Source of the DNA: a virus
Taxonomy: Duplodnaviria; Heunggongvirae; Uroviricota; Caudoviricetes
Virus record (IMG/VR): IMGVR_UViG_2737471844_000001
Reading direction: 5' to 3' (one strand)
Length of the DNA stretch: 36,714 nucleotides
Below the pieces are notes generated by a model, which ran no database searches, had not been told where the DNA came from, and saw only the letters and a list, made by a program, of their open reading frames with translations. Both the position numbers and the translations under genes were made by a program. This document shows, piece after piece, positions 17,730 to 27,125 of the stretch (positions are counted from its first letter, which is position 1; every line of letters begins with the position of its first letter).

Positions 17730-18155
17730 ATGAAGAAATTATCCCTTTCACTGATGCTGAACGTGTCGCTGGCGCTGATGCTGGCACTGTCCCTGATTTA
17801 CCCGCAGAGCGTGGCCGTCAGTTTTGTCGCCACCTGGGCGATTCTGGCGACGGTTATCTGTGTGGTTGCCGGTGGTGTCGGCGTGTATGCCACGGAGTAT
17901 GTACTTGAACGCTACGGGCGGGAGCTGCCACCGGAATCGCTGGCCGTGAAGATTGTCACGTCGCTGTTTTTGCAGCCGGTGCCGTGGCGCAGACGGGCGG
18001 CGGCTCTGGTGGTGATGGTGGCGACATTTATCTCGCTGGTCGCTGCCGGGTGGATTTTTACCGCGCTGATTTATCTCGTGGCGTCGGTGTTCTTCCGGCT
18101 GATACGTACGGCCTGCCGTCAGCGTTTTGAGGGGAGGGAACCATGTCAAAGCTGA
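17730..18155 (+). CDS. lysA: Lysis timing membrane protein (P2 LysA-like, 141 aa)
   Basis: 141 aa, multiple transmembrane segments; synteny. Confidence 0.82.
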   Translation: MKKLSLSLMLNVSLALMLALSLIYPQSVAVSFVATWAILATVICVVAGGVGVYATEYVLERYGRELPPESLAVKIVTSLFLQPVPWRRRAAALVVMVATFISLVAAGWIFTALIYLVASVFFRLIRTACRQRFEGREPCQS

Positions 18156-18586
18156 TGATTGTGCTGGTCGTGTTGTTATCGCTGGCGGTGGCGGGGCTGT
18201 TTCTGGCGAAGCATGAAAACGCCAGCCTGCGCGCCTCGCTGGACAGGGTGAACAACGTCGCCAGCGGGCAGCAGACGACCATCACCATGCTGAAAAATCA
18301 GCTTCATGTTGCCCTCACCAGGGCAGACAAAAACGAGATGGCGCAGGTGGCACTGCGTCAGGAACTGGAGAACGCCGCGAAGCGTGAAGCACAGCGCGAG
18401 AAAACCATCACGAGGTTACTTAATGAAAACGAGGATTTCCGCCGCTGGTATGGCGCTGACCTGCCTGATGCTGTGCGCCGGTTGCACCAGCGCCCCGCCT
18501 GCACCGACGCCAGTGATTGTCCACAACGCCTGCCCGAAAGTGAGTCTTTGCCCGATGCCGGGCAGCGACCCGGAGACGAACGGTGA
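18143..18586 (+). CDS. lysB: Rz-like inner-membrane spanin (P2 LysB-like)
   Basis: N-terminal TM helix then charged coiled-coil-like region; synteny. Confidence 0.82.
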   Translation: MSKLMIVLVVLLSLAVAGLFLAKHENASLRASLDRVNNVASGQQTTITMLKNQLHVALTRADKNEMAQVALRQELENAAKREAQREKTITRLLNENEDFRRWYGADLPDAVRRLHQRPACTDASDCPQRLPESESLPDAGQRPGDER

Positions 18587-18713
18587 TTTAAGTGCCGATA
18601 TCCGGCAGCTTGAGAACGCGCTGGCGCGCTGTGCCAGCCAGGTAAAAATGATTAAACACTGTCAGGACGAAAACGATGCTCAAACCCGACAGCCTGCGCA
18701 GGGCGCTGACTGA
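18423..18713 (+). CDS. lysC: Rz1-like outer-membrane lipoprotein spanin (P2 LysC-like, 96 aa), embedded out of frame in lysB and running into R
   Basis: ATG at 18423 with GAGG upstream; signal peptide with Cys-containing lipobox-like LCAGC, Pro-rich; 96 aa as in P2 LysC. Confidence 0.7.
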   Translation: MKTRISAAGMALTCLMLCAGCTSAPPAPTPVIVHNACPKVSLCPMPGSDPETNGDLSADIRQLENALARCASQVKMIKHCQDENDAQTRQPAQGAD

Positions 18714-19143
18714 TGCCGTCACGGTGCTGAAAACTAACCCCGATATGCTGCGGATATTCGTGGATCACGGGAGTATTGCCTCCACGCTGGCGGCGTCGTT
18801 GTCATTCGAAAAGCGTTACACGCTCAATGTCATTGTGACCGACTTTACCGGTGATTTTGACCTGCTCATCGTGCCGGTGCTGGCGTGGCTGCGGGTAAAT
18901 CAGCCCGACATCATGACCACCGACGCAGGTCAGAAAAAGGGCTTCACGTTTTATGCAGACATCAACAATGACAGCAGCTTTGATATCAGCATCAGCCTGA
19001 TGCTGACCGAGCGAACGCTGGTCAGTGAGGTGGACGGCGCACTGCATGTGAAGAATATCCCGGAACCTCCGCCGCCGGAGCCGGTCACCCGCCCGGTGGA
19101 GCTTTATATCAATGGCGAACTGGTGAGCAAGTGGGATGAATGA
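18676..19143 (+). CDS. R: Tail completion protein (P2 R-like, 155 aa)
   Basis: Length and synteny. Confidence 0.85.
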   Translation: MLKPDSLRRALTDAVTVLKTNPDMLRIFVDHGSIASTLAASLSFEKRYTLNVIVTDFTGDFDLLIVPVLAWLRVNQPDIMTTDAGQKKGFTFYADINNDSSFDISISLMLTERTLVSEVDGALHVKNIPEPPPPEPVTRPVELYINGELVSKWDE

Positions 19144-19588
19144 GTTTAAGCGTTTTGAAGACCGGCTGACCGGACTTATTGAATCGCTGTCACCGTCAGG
19201 GCGTCGGCGACTGAGCGCCGAACTGGCGAAACGTCTGCGGCAGAGTCAGCAGCGCCGGGTGATGGCACAGAAAGCCCCGGACGGCACACCCTACGCACCA
19301 CGCCAGCAGCAGAGCGCCAGAAAAAAGACCGGTCGCGTTAAGCGAAAAATGTTTGCGAAACTTATCACCAGTCGTTTTTTGCATATCCGCGCCAGCCCTG
19401 AACAGGCATCAATGGAGTTTTACGGCGGGAAGTCACCGAAAATAGCCAGTGTGCATCAGTTCGGTCTGTCGGAAGAAACCCGGAAAGACGGTAAGAAAAT
19501 TGATTATCCGGCGCGTCCTCTGCTCGGCTTTACCGGTGAGGATGTGCAGATGATTGAAGAGATTATCCTGGCTCACCTCGACCGTTAG
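19136..19588 (+). CDS. S: Tail completion protein (P2 S-like, 150 aa)
   Basis: Length and synteny. Confidence 0.85.
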   Translation: MNEFKRFEDRLTGLIESLSPSGRRRLSAELAKRLRQSQQRRVMAQKAPDGTPYAPRQQQSARKKTGRVKRKMFAKLITSRFLHIRASPEQASMEFYGGKSPKIASVHQFGLSEETRKDGKKIDYPARPLLGFTGEDVQMIEEIILAHLDR

Positions 19589-19654
19589 TTGTGCCATTCC
19601 CGACACCTCATCGTTACATTGCCGCCGGTATGACCCGGCGGCATCCTTCCCGTT

Positions 19655-20290
19655 ATGAACACTCTCGCAAATATCCAGGAACTCGCGCGCGCACTGCGCA
19701 ACATGATCCGCACCGGCCTTGTCGTCGAAACCAACCTTAAAGCCGGTCGCTGCCGTGTGCAGACCGGCGGCATGTGCACCGACTGGCTTCAGTGGCTGAC
19801 ACATCGTGCCGGGCGTTCGCGCACATGGTGGGCACCTTCCGTGGGGGAGCAGGTGCTGATTCTGGCCGTGGGCGGTGAACTTGACACGGCGTTCGTTCTG
19901 CCGGGGATTTATTCCGGCGATAACCCCGCGCCGTCTGCGTCGTCTGATGCCCTGCATATCCGTTTCCCTGACGGGGCGGTGATTGAATATGAACCTGAAA
20001 CCAGTGCACTCACGGTAAGCGGAATTAAAACGGCCAGCGTGACGGCTTCTGATTCTGTTACTGCCACGGTGCCGGTGGTCATGGTGAAAGCATCAACCCG
20101 CGTCACCCTGGACACACCGGAGGTGGTTTGCACCAACAGGCTGATTACCGGCACGCTGGAAGTGCAGAAGGGCGGGACGATGCGCGGCAACATTGAACAC
20201 ACCAGCGGTGAACTCTCATCAAACGGTAAGGTACTGCATACCCATAAACACCCCGGCGACAGCGGCGGCACAACCGGGAGCCCTCTATGA
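19655..20290 (+). CDS. V: Baseplate spike / assembly protein (P2 V-like, 211 aa)
   Basis: Length and synteny. Confidence 0.88.
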   Translation: MNTLANIQELARALRNMIRTGLVVETNLKAGRCRVQTGGMCTDWLQWLTHRAGRSRTWWAPSVGEQVLILAVGGELDTAFVLPGIYSGDNPAPSASSDALHIRFPDGAVIEYEPETSALTVSGIKTASVTASDSVTATVPVVMVKASTRVTLDTPEVVCTNRLITGTLEVQKGGTMRGNIEHTSGELSSNGKVLHTHKHPGDSGGTTGSPL

Positions 20291-20634
20291 CAGCGCGTTA
20301 TCTCGGAATGAATCGCAGTGATGGCCTGACGGTCACTGACCTTGAGCATATCAGCCAGAGTATCGGCGATATCCTGCGCACACCGGTCGGCTCACGGGTG
20401 ATGCGTCGTGATTACGGCTCGTTGCTGGCGTCAATGATTGACCAGCCGCAGACCCCGGCGCTTGAGTTGCAGATTAAGGTCGCCTGTTACATGGCGGTGC
20501 TGAAATGGGAACCCCGCGTCACGCTGTCATCTGTCACCACGGCGCGCAGTTTTGACGGGCGAATGACGGTCACGTTAACCGGCCAGCACAACGACACCGG
20601 CCAGCCACTTTCATTAACCATACCTGTGAGTTGA
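20287..20634 (+). CDS. W: Baseplate protein (P2 W-like, 115 aa)
   Basis: Length and synteny; ATGA overlap with V. Confidence 0.88.
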   Translation: MTARYLGMNRSDGLTVTDLEHISQSIGDILRTPVGSRVMRRDYGSLLASMIDQPQTPALELQIKVACYMAVLKWEPRVTLSSVTTARSFDGRMTVTLTGQHNDTGQPLSLTIPVS

Positions 20635-20638
20635 AACC

Positions 20639-21547
20639 ATGCCGATTATCGACCTGAACCAGCTACCCGCACCAGATGTGGTCGAGGAGCTGGACTTTGA
20701 AAGCATTCTCGCTGAACGCAAGGCGACACTGATTTCCCTTTACCCGGAAGATCAGCAGGAGGCGGTCGCCCGTACCCTGACACTGGAATCTGAGCCTCTC
20801 GTCAAACTGCTGGAAGAAAATGCTTATCGTGAGCTTATCTGGCGTCAGCGTGTGAATGAGGCCGCACGGGCGGTGATGCTGGCCTGTGCCGCCGGTAATG
20901 ACCTTGATGTGATTGGTGCCAATTACAACACCACGCGCCTGACTATCACCCCGGCAGATGATTCGACCATTCCGCCGACACCGGCAGTGATGGAATCTGA
21001 CACCGATTATCGTCTGCGTATTCAGCAGGCTTTTGAGGGCTTAAGCGTCGCCGGGTCAGTGGGAGCCTATCAGTATCATGGTCGCAGTGCTGACGGGCGT
21101 GTCGCGGATATTTCTGTCACCAGTCCGTCTCCTGCCTGTGTCACCATCTCTGTGCTGTCACGTGAAAATAACGGCGTCGCATCCGAAGACCTGCTGGCTG
21201 TGGTGCGTAACGCCCTTAATGGCGAGGACGTCAGGCCGGTGGCCGACCGCGTGACCGTGCAGTCTGCCGCCATCGTTGAATACCAGATAAACGCCACGCT
21301 TTACCTTTACCCTGGTCCCGAAAGCGAACCCATCCGCGCTGCCGCTGTGAAAAAGCTGGAAGCGTATATCACGGCACAGCACCGGCTGGGGCGCGACATC
21401 CGTCTGTCTGCCATTTATGCCGCTTTGCATGTGGAAGGTGTGCAGCGTGTCGAACTGGCTGCACCACTGGCCGACATCGTGCTCAACAGTACGCAGGCGT
21501 CTTTCTGTACCGAATACCGCGTCGTGACCGGAGGCTCGGATGAGTGA
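20639..21547 (+). CDS. J: Baseplate protein (P2 J-like, 302 aa)
   Basis: Length and synteny. Confidence 0.88.
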   Translation: MPIIDLNQLPAPDVVEELDFESILAERKATLISLYPEDQQEAVARTLTLESEPLVKLLEENAYRELIWRQRVNEAARAVMLACAAGNDLDVIGANYNTTRLTITPADDSTIPPTPAVMESDTDYRLRIQQAFEGLSVAGSVGAYQYHGRSADGRVADISVTSPSPACVTISVLSRENNGVASEDLLAVVRNALNGEDVRPVADRVTVQSAAIVEYQINATLYLYPGPESEPIRAAAVKKLEAYITAQHRLGRDIRLSAIYAALHVEGVQRVELAAPLADIVLNSTQASFCTEYRVVTGGSDE

Positions 21548-22070
21548 TTCGCGACTGCTGCCGACCGGCTCATCACCGCTTGAGGTCGCCGCCGCAAAAG
21601 CCTGTGCGGAAATTGAAAAAACGCCGGTCAGTATTCGTGAGCTGTGGAACCCGGACACCTGTCCGGCAAATCTGCTGCCGTGGCTGGCGTGGGCGTTTTC
21701 GGTCGACAGGTGGGATGAAAAGTGGCCGGAAGCGACAAAACGCGCCGTTATCCGCGATGCGTATTTCATCCACTGTCATAAGGGCACTATCGGTGCAATC
21801 CGGCGTGTGGTGGAGCCGCTCGGCTATCTCATCAACGTGACGGAGTGGTGGGAAAACAGTGACCCGCCAGGCACCTTCCGGCTTGATATTGGTGTTCTGG
21901 AAAGTGGCATCACAGAGGCAATGTATCAGGAAATGGAACGGCTGATTGCTGATGCCAAACCTGCAAGCCGTCACCTTATTGGCCTGAACATTACCCGGGA
22001 CATTCCCGGCTACCTGTTCGCCGGTGGTGTGGCTTACGACGGCGATGTAATTACGGTTTACCCCGGATAA
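21540..22070 (+). CDS. I: Baseplate protein (P2 I-like, 176 aa)
   Basis: Length and synteny. Confidence 0.88.
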   Translation: MSDSRLLPTGSSPLEVAAAKACAEIEKTPVSIRELWNPDTCPANLLPWLAWAFSVDRWDEKWPEATKRAVIRDAYFIHCHKGTIGAIRRVVEPLGYLINVTEWWENSDPPGTFRLDIGVLESGITEAMYQEMERLIADAKPASRHLIGLNITRDIPGYLFAGGVAYDGDVITVYPG

Positions 22071-22080
22071 GTGAGGAATA

Positions 22081-24399
22081 ATGAGCACAAAATTCAGAAC
22101 CGTTATCACCACTGCCGGTGCAGCAAAGCTGGCAGCGGCAACCGCGCCGGGAGGGCGGAAGGTCAACATTACCACGATGGCCGTCGGGGATGGCGGTGGT
22201 AAATTGCCTGTCCCGGATGCCGGACAGACCGGGCTTATCCATGAAGTCTGGCGACATGCGCTGAACAAAATCAGCCAGGACAAACGAAACAGTAATTATA
22301 TTATCGCAGAGCTGGTTATTCCGCCGGAGGTGGGCGGTTTCTGGATGCGTGAGCTTGGCCTGTACGATGATGCGGGAACATTAATTGCCGTGGCGAACAT
22401 GGCCGAAAGTTATAAGCCAGCTCTTGCCGAAGGCTCAGGGCGTTCGCAGACCTGTCGCATGGTCATCATCGTCAGCAGTGTGGCCTCAGTGGCGCTGACC
22501 ATTGACACCACAACGGTGATGGCGACGCAGGATTACGTTGATGACAAAATTGCAGAGCATGAACAGTCACGACGTCACCCGGACGCCTCGCTGACCGCAA
22601 AAGGTTTTACTCAGTTAAGCAATGCGACCAACAGCACGTCTGAAACACTGGCCGCAACGCCGAAAGCGGTAAAGGCCGCGTATGATCTTGCTAACGGGAA
22701 ATACACTGCGCAGGATGCCACCACAGCGCGAAAAGGCCTTGTCCAGCTCAGTAGCGCCACCAACAGCACGTCTGAAACGCTCGCCGCAACACCAAAAGCG
22801 GTAAAGGCAGCATATGACCTTGCTAACGGGAAATACACTGCACAGGACGCCACCACAGCGCGAAAAGGTCTTGTCCAGCTCAGTAGCGCCACCAACAGCG
22901 ATTCTGAAACGCTTGCGGCAACGCCAAAGGCGGTTAAGACAGCGTATGACCTTGCTAACGGGAAATACACTGCACAGGACGCCACCACGGCGCGGAAAGG
23001 TCTTGTTCAGCTCAGTAGCGCCACCAACAGTGATTCTGAAACGCTGGCCGCAACATCAAAAGCGGTGAAGTCTGCCTATGACAATGCTGAAAAACGTCTT
23101 CAGAAAGATCAGAACGGTGCGGATATTCCGGGAAAGGATACCTTCACGAAAAATATCGGTGCCTGTCGTGCTTATAGCGGCGCTTTGAGCACTGAAGCCG
23201 GAAACTGGACAACCGCTCAGTTTATTGAATGGCTGGATTCCCGTGGTGCATTTAATCATCCGTACTGGATGTGCAAAGGCTCCTGGTCATATGCAAATAA
23301 CAAAATCATTACGGATACCGGATGTGGTGATATCCACCTGGCTGGTTGTGTCGTCGAGGTCATGGGAACTAAATCTGCAATCACTATCCGAGTGACCACG
23401 CCGACAACATCAAGTGGTGGCGGTACAACCAGCGCGCAATTCACTTACATTAATCATGGGGACGGCTACTCCCCCGGCTGGCGTCGTGACTGGAATCGTC
23501 AGGGCGACTCAATGACCGGAACGATTAATCAGGATGGCGGAAGCCAGAATGCCTATATGTCTACGGCCTTATGTTCAGGCACCAGAGGCGGCAAAAAATA
23601 TCTCAGAAAGTTTCGTGGTGGAGAAGGAGACACTATCTGGCATGAAACAGTACAGGGCGGGGTAGTTCGCTGGGCGACTGGTAATACTGATGCTCAGGAA
23701 GAATTATCACTCAGCTCCGCTTATGGTCTCCGTTCAAGAGGTGAGATTACATCACTCAGTGCTAATGGTCTGCGCATTGCTTATGGCAATTATGGTTTCT
23801 TTATCAGGAATGATGGCAGCAGCACTTATTTTATGTTGACTAAATCAGGTGACAGATTAGGCAGTTATAATAATTTAAGACCGCTGATTATAAATGATGC
23901 CACGGGTGCTGTATCAATGGGGCATGGCCTGAATGTTACTGGTGATATTGTCTCAAGTACCAAAGTACGTGCCGGTAGCGGGAAAAAATTCACGGTCAGC
24001 AGCAGTAATACATCCACGAAGGAAGCCGCATTCAATTTGTGGGGAAACTCAAGTCGTCCGGTGGTGGCTGAATTAGGTGATGATGCAGGCTGGCATTTTT
24101 ACAGTCAGAGAAATACAGATAACAGCATCACTTTTGCTGTTAACGGGCAGGTATCACCATCTAACTATGGCAACTTTGATTCACGCTATGTCCGGGATAT
24201 CCGGCTTGGTGGTGCTGCCACATACAAACCTGCGAACAATGGCATGACATGGACACATCAGGCACCGTCCGGGTGTGTATATTCCGGCATTATTGTTCAG
24301 GATACCGGCTCAAACTCTGCCGATAACATTGGTGGCATATATTACAGACCGGTGCAGAAATACATTAACGGGACATGGTATAACGTGGCGCAGGTATAA
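22081..24399 (+). CDS. H: Tail fibre protein (P2 H-like, 772 aa) with internal tandem repeats
   Basis: Position between I and G; about 100 aa longer than the P2 H length I recall (669 aa), accounted for by the in-frame repeats. Confidence 0.88.
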   Translation: MSTKFRTVITTAGAAKLAAATAPGGRKVNITTMAVGDGGGKLPVPDAGQTGLIHEVWRHALNKISQDKRNSNYIIAELVIPPEVGGFWMRELGLYDDAGTLIAVANMAESYKPALAEGSGRSQTCRMVIIVSSVASVALTIDTTTVMATQDYVDDKIAEHEQSRRHPDASLTAKGFTQLSNATNSTSETLAATPKAVKAAYDLANGKYTAQDATTARKGLVQLSSATNSTSETLAATPKAVKAAYDLANGKYTAQDATTARKGLVQLSSATNSDSETLAATPKAVKTAYDLANGKYTAQDATTARKGLVQLSSATNSDSETLAATSKAVKSAYDNAEKRLQKDQNGADIPGKDTFTKNIGACRAYSGALSTEAGNWTTAQFIEWLDSRGAFNHPYWMCKGSWSYANNKIITDTGCGDIHLAGCVVEVMGTKSAITIRVTTPTTSSGGGTTSAQFTYINHGDGYSPGWRRDWNRQGDSMTGTINQDGGSQNAYMSTALCSGTRGGKKYLRKFRGGEGDTIWHETVQGGVVRWATGNTDAQEELSLSSAYGLRSRGEITSLSANGLRIAYGNYGFFIRNDGSSTYFMLTKSGDRLGSYNNLRPLIINDATGAVSMGHGLNVTGDIVSSTKVRAGSGKKFTVSSSNTSTKEAAFNLWGNSSRPVVAELGDDAGWHFYSQRNTDNSITFAVNGQVSPSNYGNFDSRYVRDIRLGGAATYKPANNGMTWTHQAPSGCVYSGIIVQDTGSNSADNIGGIYYRPVQKYINGTWYNVAQV
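22600..23095 (+). repeat. About 3.75 tandem copies of a 132-bp (44-aa) in-frame repeat inside H
   Basis: Repeat units begin at 22600, 22732, 22864 and 22996, each encoding K-G-x-x-Q-L-S-x-ATNSxSETLAATPKAVKxAYDLANGKYTAQDATTAR; the last copy is partial. Confidence 0.9.
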
Positions 24400-24402
24400 T
24401 TT

Positions 24403-24930
24403 ATGCAGCATTTGATAAATATAACGGTGGGTAATCCAAAAACGGTTGAACAATATCAATTGACAAAGGACTTTGATGTTGTCTGGTTTTTTTCAGAAGA
24501 TGGTAAGAACTGGTACGAAGAACAAAAGTATTTTGCTGATGACACGATAAAAATAGCGTACGACAAAGATAATATTATCCGCTATGTGGAAAAGGATGTG
24601 ACAGCTATCAGACCAGATGGATTAAGTGTGGTTGAAGTGGCGGATATTACTGCTAACCGACGGGCGGACATTTCAGGGAACTGGATGTTTAAGGACGGCA
24701 AAGTGATTAAACGCATTTATACGGCAGAGGAATTGCAGCAGCAGGCAGAAAACCGGAAAGCCAGACTTCTTGCAGATGCTGAATCCGTGATTTTGCCACT
24801 GGAGCGCGCTGTCAGGCTGAACATGGCAACAGATGAGGAGCGTAGCCGACTGGAAGCATGGGAACGCTACAGTGTTCTGGTCAGCCGTGTGGATCCTGCA
24901 AATCCTGAATGGCCGGAAATGCCGCAATAA
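24403..24930 (+). CDS. G: Tail fibre assembly chaperone (P2 G-like, 175 aa)
   Basis: Length and position after H. Confidence 0.88.
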   Translation: MQHLINITVGNPKTVEQYQLTKDFDVVWFFSEDGKNWYEEQKYFADDTIKIAYDKDNIIRYVEKDVTAIRPDGLSVVEVADITANRRADISGNWMFKDGKVIKRIYTAEELQQQAENRKARLLADAESVILPLERAVRLNMATDEERSRLEAWERYSVLVSRVDPANPEWPEMPQ

Positions 24931-25405
24931 GTTGTATAAGCTCTGGTGTGAGATTACATATCTATGGCACAGAGTAAAGCCTAATCTGACAGTCCGCTCT
25001 GTGCCAAGAGCGGACGTTACTACTACTCGACCTAAAGTAAAGCAATTGTACTCATTAAATAGTGGTAATTGGGTCTGGTGCTTAATCGAACGAAATCTCA
25101 TGTTAGGCGAAAAAAACGTCTGAAAAATCGATTAACACATACACCTGTGTACTATGGCCGTTATTCAATTTAAAAGGAACCATTTCCGATATGATTCACT
25201 GTCCATAATGTTTTGATTTATTAAAAAAGAGCCTTAGAGTGTGAAACCATTACGTTGAGTGGCGAACACCATTAATAAATTCTGCTTATACTTACAGCAT
25301 ATATTATGTTCACGTCATATAACCATGGCAAATAAGATATTGCACATCAAGCATGATTATGATAGTGATTACAAAAATGAAGAATCTTAGATAAAGGATT
25401 AGTAA

Positions 25406-26341
25406 GTGGTTACATATAATTCAATGTTGTTACCCCCCCCTAAATCTTGGGACGAATTTGAGGATATGTGCAAAAGTTCATTCCAACTGCGATGGTCCAA
25501 TCCTAATCTGAACAGACATGGACGGTCAGGGCAGCGGCAGGATGGAGTTGATGTATATGGTGATGACTCTCTTGGGCGTTTCGTTGGAATTCAGTGTAAA
25601 AATACAGTATCAGGAATCAGTACGGCGACAATCGATGATGAATTACTCAAGGCTGAAAAATTTCGCCCAAAAATTACGGTTCTTTACATCGCTACGACAG
25701 CGCCCAGGGATGTTAGCATTCAGCGCTATGTAAGAACACTCAATGATGCCAGACAATTAAAAGGCCTGTTTCCTGTCGATGTGGTTTTCTGGGAGGATAT
25801 TAGCTTTGATTTAAGCAAAGACCCAGCTGTACTCAAAATGTACTACCCGCAAATGTTCGAACGACACCAACCGACGAGGGAAGAATTTTTGCGCAAGAGA
25901 GATATCTCAAATTTGTCGACATTGTTGAATGTTATTGATTTTCATTCAACAATAGAACATTTGCAGTGGGGCGCAAAATACATTCATTCATTAATTATTG
26001 AAGAATACGATAATATTTTGAACATTTTAAACTCACCTGTTTTTCAACTGAATGATACAGCTTTAAAGAATGTTACAATTGATTTTGCAACGGCCTGGCG
26101 TGATCTAATTATCTTGTTTAGAAAAGCTCCATATAATTATTCAGCACCAAATGATACTTTTAGTTTTATAAATCCCGGTGACCACTGTCGAAATCAGGAG
26201 GAAAGCGATTTATACGACGAAATCACGCATAGCATGAGTAATCTCAAAGATAAAATTAGTACTTTTTGTGACTTTATAAATAATCACTACCATGAAATAA
26301 ACTTAACCGAAACGAGCGCGCAAGCCAGGAAATATTATTAA
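25406..26341 (+). CDS. Cargo protein with Mrr-like PD-(D/E)xK restriction-endonuclease-fold N-domain and uncharacterised C-domain (311 aa); candidate defence nuclease
   Basis: EFE...GRSGQRQDGVDVYGDD...RFVGIQCK...ITVLYIATT resembles the Mrr catalytic-domain pattern (D, D, QxK); GTG start with AAGGA RBS; AT-rich island at the P2 Z/fun position. Confidence 0.6.
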   Translation: MVTYNSMLLPPPKSWDEFEDMCKSSFQLRWSNPNLNRHGRSGQRQDGVDVYGDDSLGRFVGIQCKNTVSGISTATIDDELLKAEKFRPKITVLYIATTAPRDVSIQRYVRTLNDARQLKGLFPVDVVFWEDISFDLSKDPAVLKMYYPQMFERHQPTREEFLRKRDISNLSTLLNVIDFHSTIEHLQWGAKYIHSLIIEEYDNILNILNSPVFQLNDTALKNVTIDFATAWRDLIILFRKAPYNYSAPNDTFSFINPGDHCRNQEESDLYDEITHSMSNLKDKISTFCDFINNHYHEINLTETSAQARKYY

Positions 26342-26618
26342 TACTTTTTTCTTAAGGGCTGCACTCATGGCCCTTAACACCGTTAGACTGTCATATTTTG
26401 CAATCGATACGCAGTTAGGTACTTTCTTGAAGTCCGTTCCTCGCTCATAGCTGACATTCAGCTCAATTAACTCGTCCACTTCGCTCCAACAGAAGGCGTA
26501 GCTAATCATACTGTGTATTAAAGAAAGGAGAAACGATCATGTTGAGTACAAAAAACACGAAAGACCATGATAAGGAAAATATGCGTAGAGTGACTTAGTT
26601 TATTGATTTAAATAATAT

Positions 26619-26924
26619 TTATGGGGGTAAGTGCTTTGAATAAAAAAACAAAAATTGAGAAGATTTAGCTAGTGCCAAAATAATTTGGACACCGCCCGTC
26701 ATCAGACCCGCTACTACACTTATCACCCCAGCCCAAAAAGTTTCAATGAAACAAGATACATATAGTAGTACTACATGGCGGAATAATTTACTCATAGGCT
26801 TCTCCTTACTGACGTAATCGTTAAGTAACACGTTGAGGTAACGGATAAATGCGACTATTGGGAGAGCTGTGATGAGAATTGTAGGCATAGGAATCGAACC
26901 TATGGATGCACTAGCTAAATTCAC
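26619..26924 (-). CDS. Possible small membrane protein (101 aa, GTG start), antisense between the two cargo genes; may be spurious
   Basis: Two or three hydrophobic segments; no clear RBS; reads through a tRNA T-arm-like motif on the same strand. Confidence 0.25.
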   Translation of the reverse strand: MNLASASIGSIPMPTILITALPIVAFIRYLNVLLNDYVSKEKPMSKLFRHVVLLYVSCFIETFWAGVISVVAGLMTGGVQIILALAKSSQFLFFYSKHLPP

Positions 26925-27125
26925 TCTTCACGAATTATACAGCATTGTAGTGAGTTTGTAAATACACGCCCCAAAAGTCAATCAGTCCGCTCCATGAATG
27001 TTGTGTCAGTACTACTAAAGTTAAACATGCTAAAATAGGTTCCCAATATTCGTGGGTACAATCACTATCTGTGTAACTGGCGGAAGCGCTGGCATAACGA
27101 CGATGCCTATTCGGGGGGCTTTAAT

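Noticed and set aside
22611-22988. 125-aa minus-strand ORF with internally repeated translation, and the possibility of a CRISPR-like array
   Set aside because: It is the antisense shadow of the in-frame 132-bp tandem repeats in tail fibre gene H. The repeats are contiguous with no unique spacers and lie inside a well-supported CDS.
24833-25123. 96-aa plus-strand ORF overlapping the 3' end of G and the hairpin cluster
   Set aside because: Out of frame with G, Trp/Arg-rich, and spanning a structured noncoding region; likely spurious.
26303-26509. 68-aa minus-strand ORF overlapping the end of the 311-aa cargo gene
   Set aside because: No RBS, overlaps the stop region of a better-supported gene, and is short; likely noise in AT-rich DNA.
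26860-26960. A complete tRNA gene around the T-arm-like motif
   Set aside because: I could not find a complementary 5' acceptor strand or a plausible anticodon stem-loop upstream; only the 3' portion is tRNA-like, so it is reported as a fragment rather than annotated as a tRNA.
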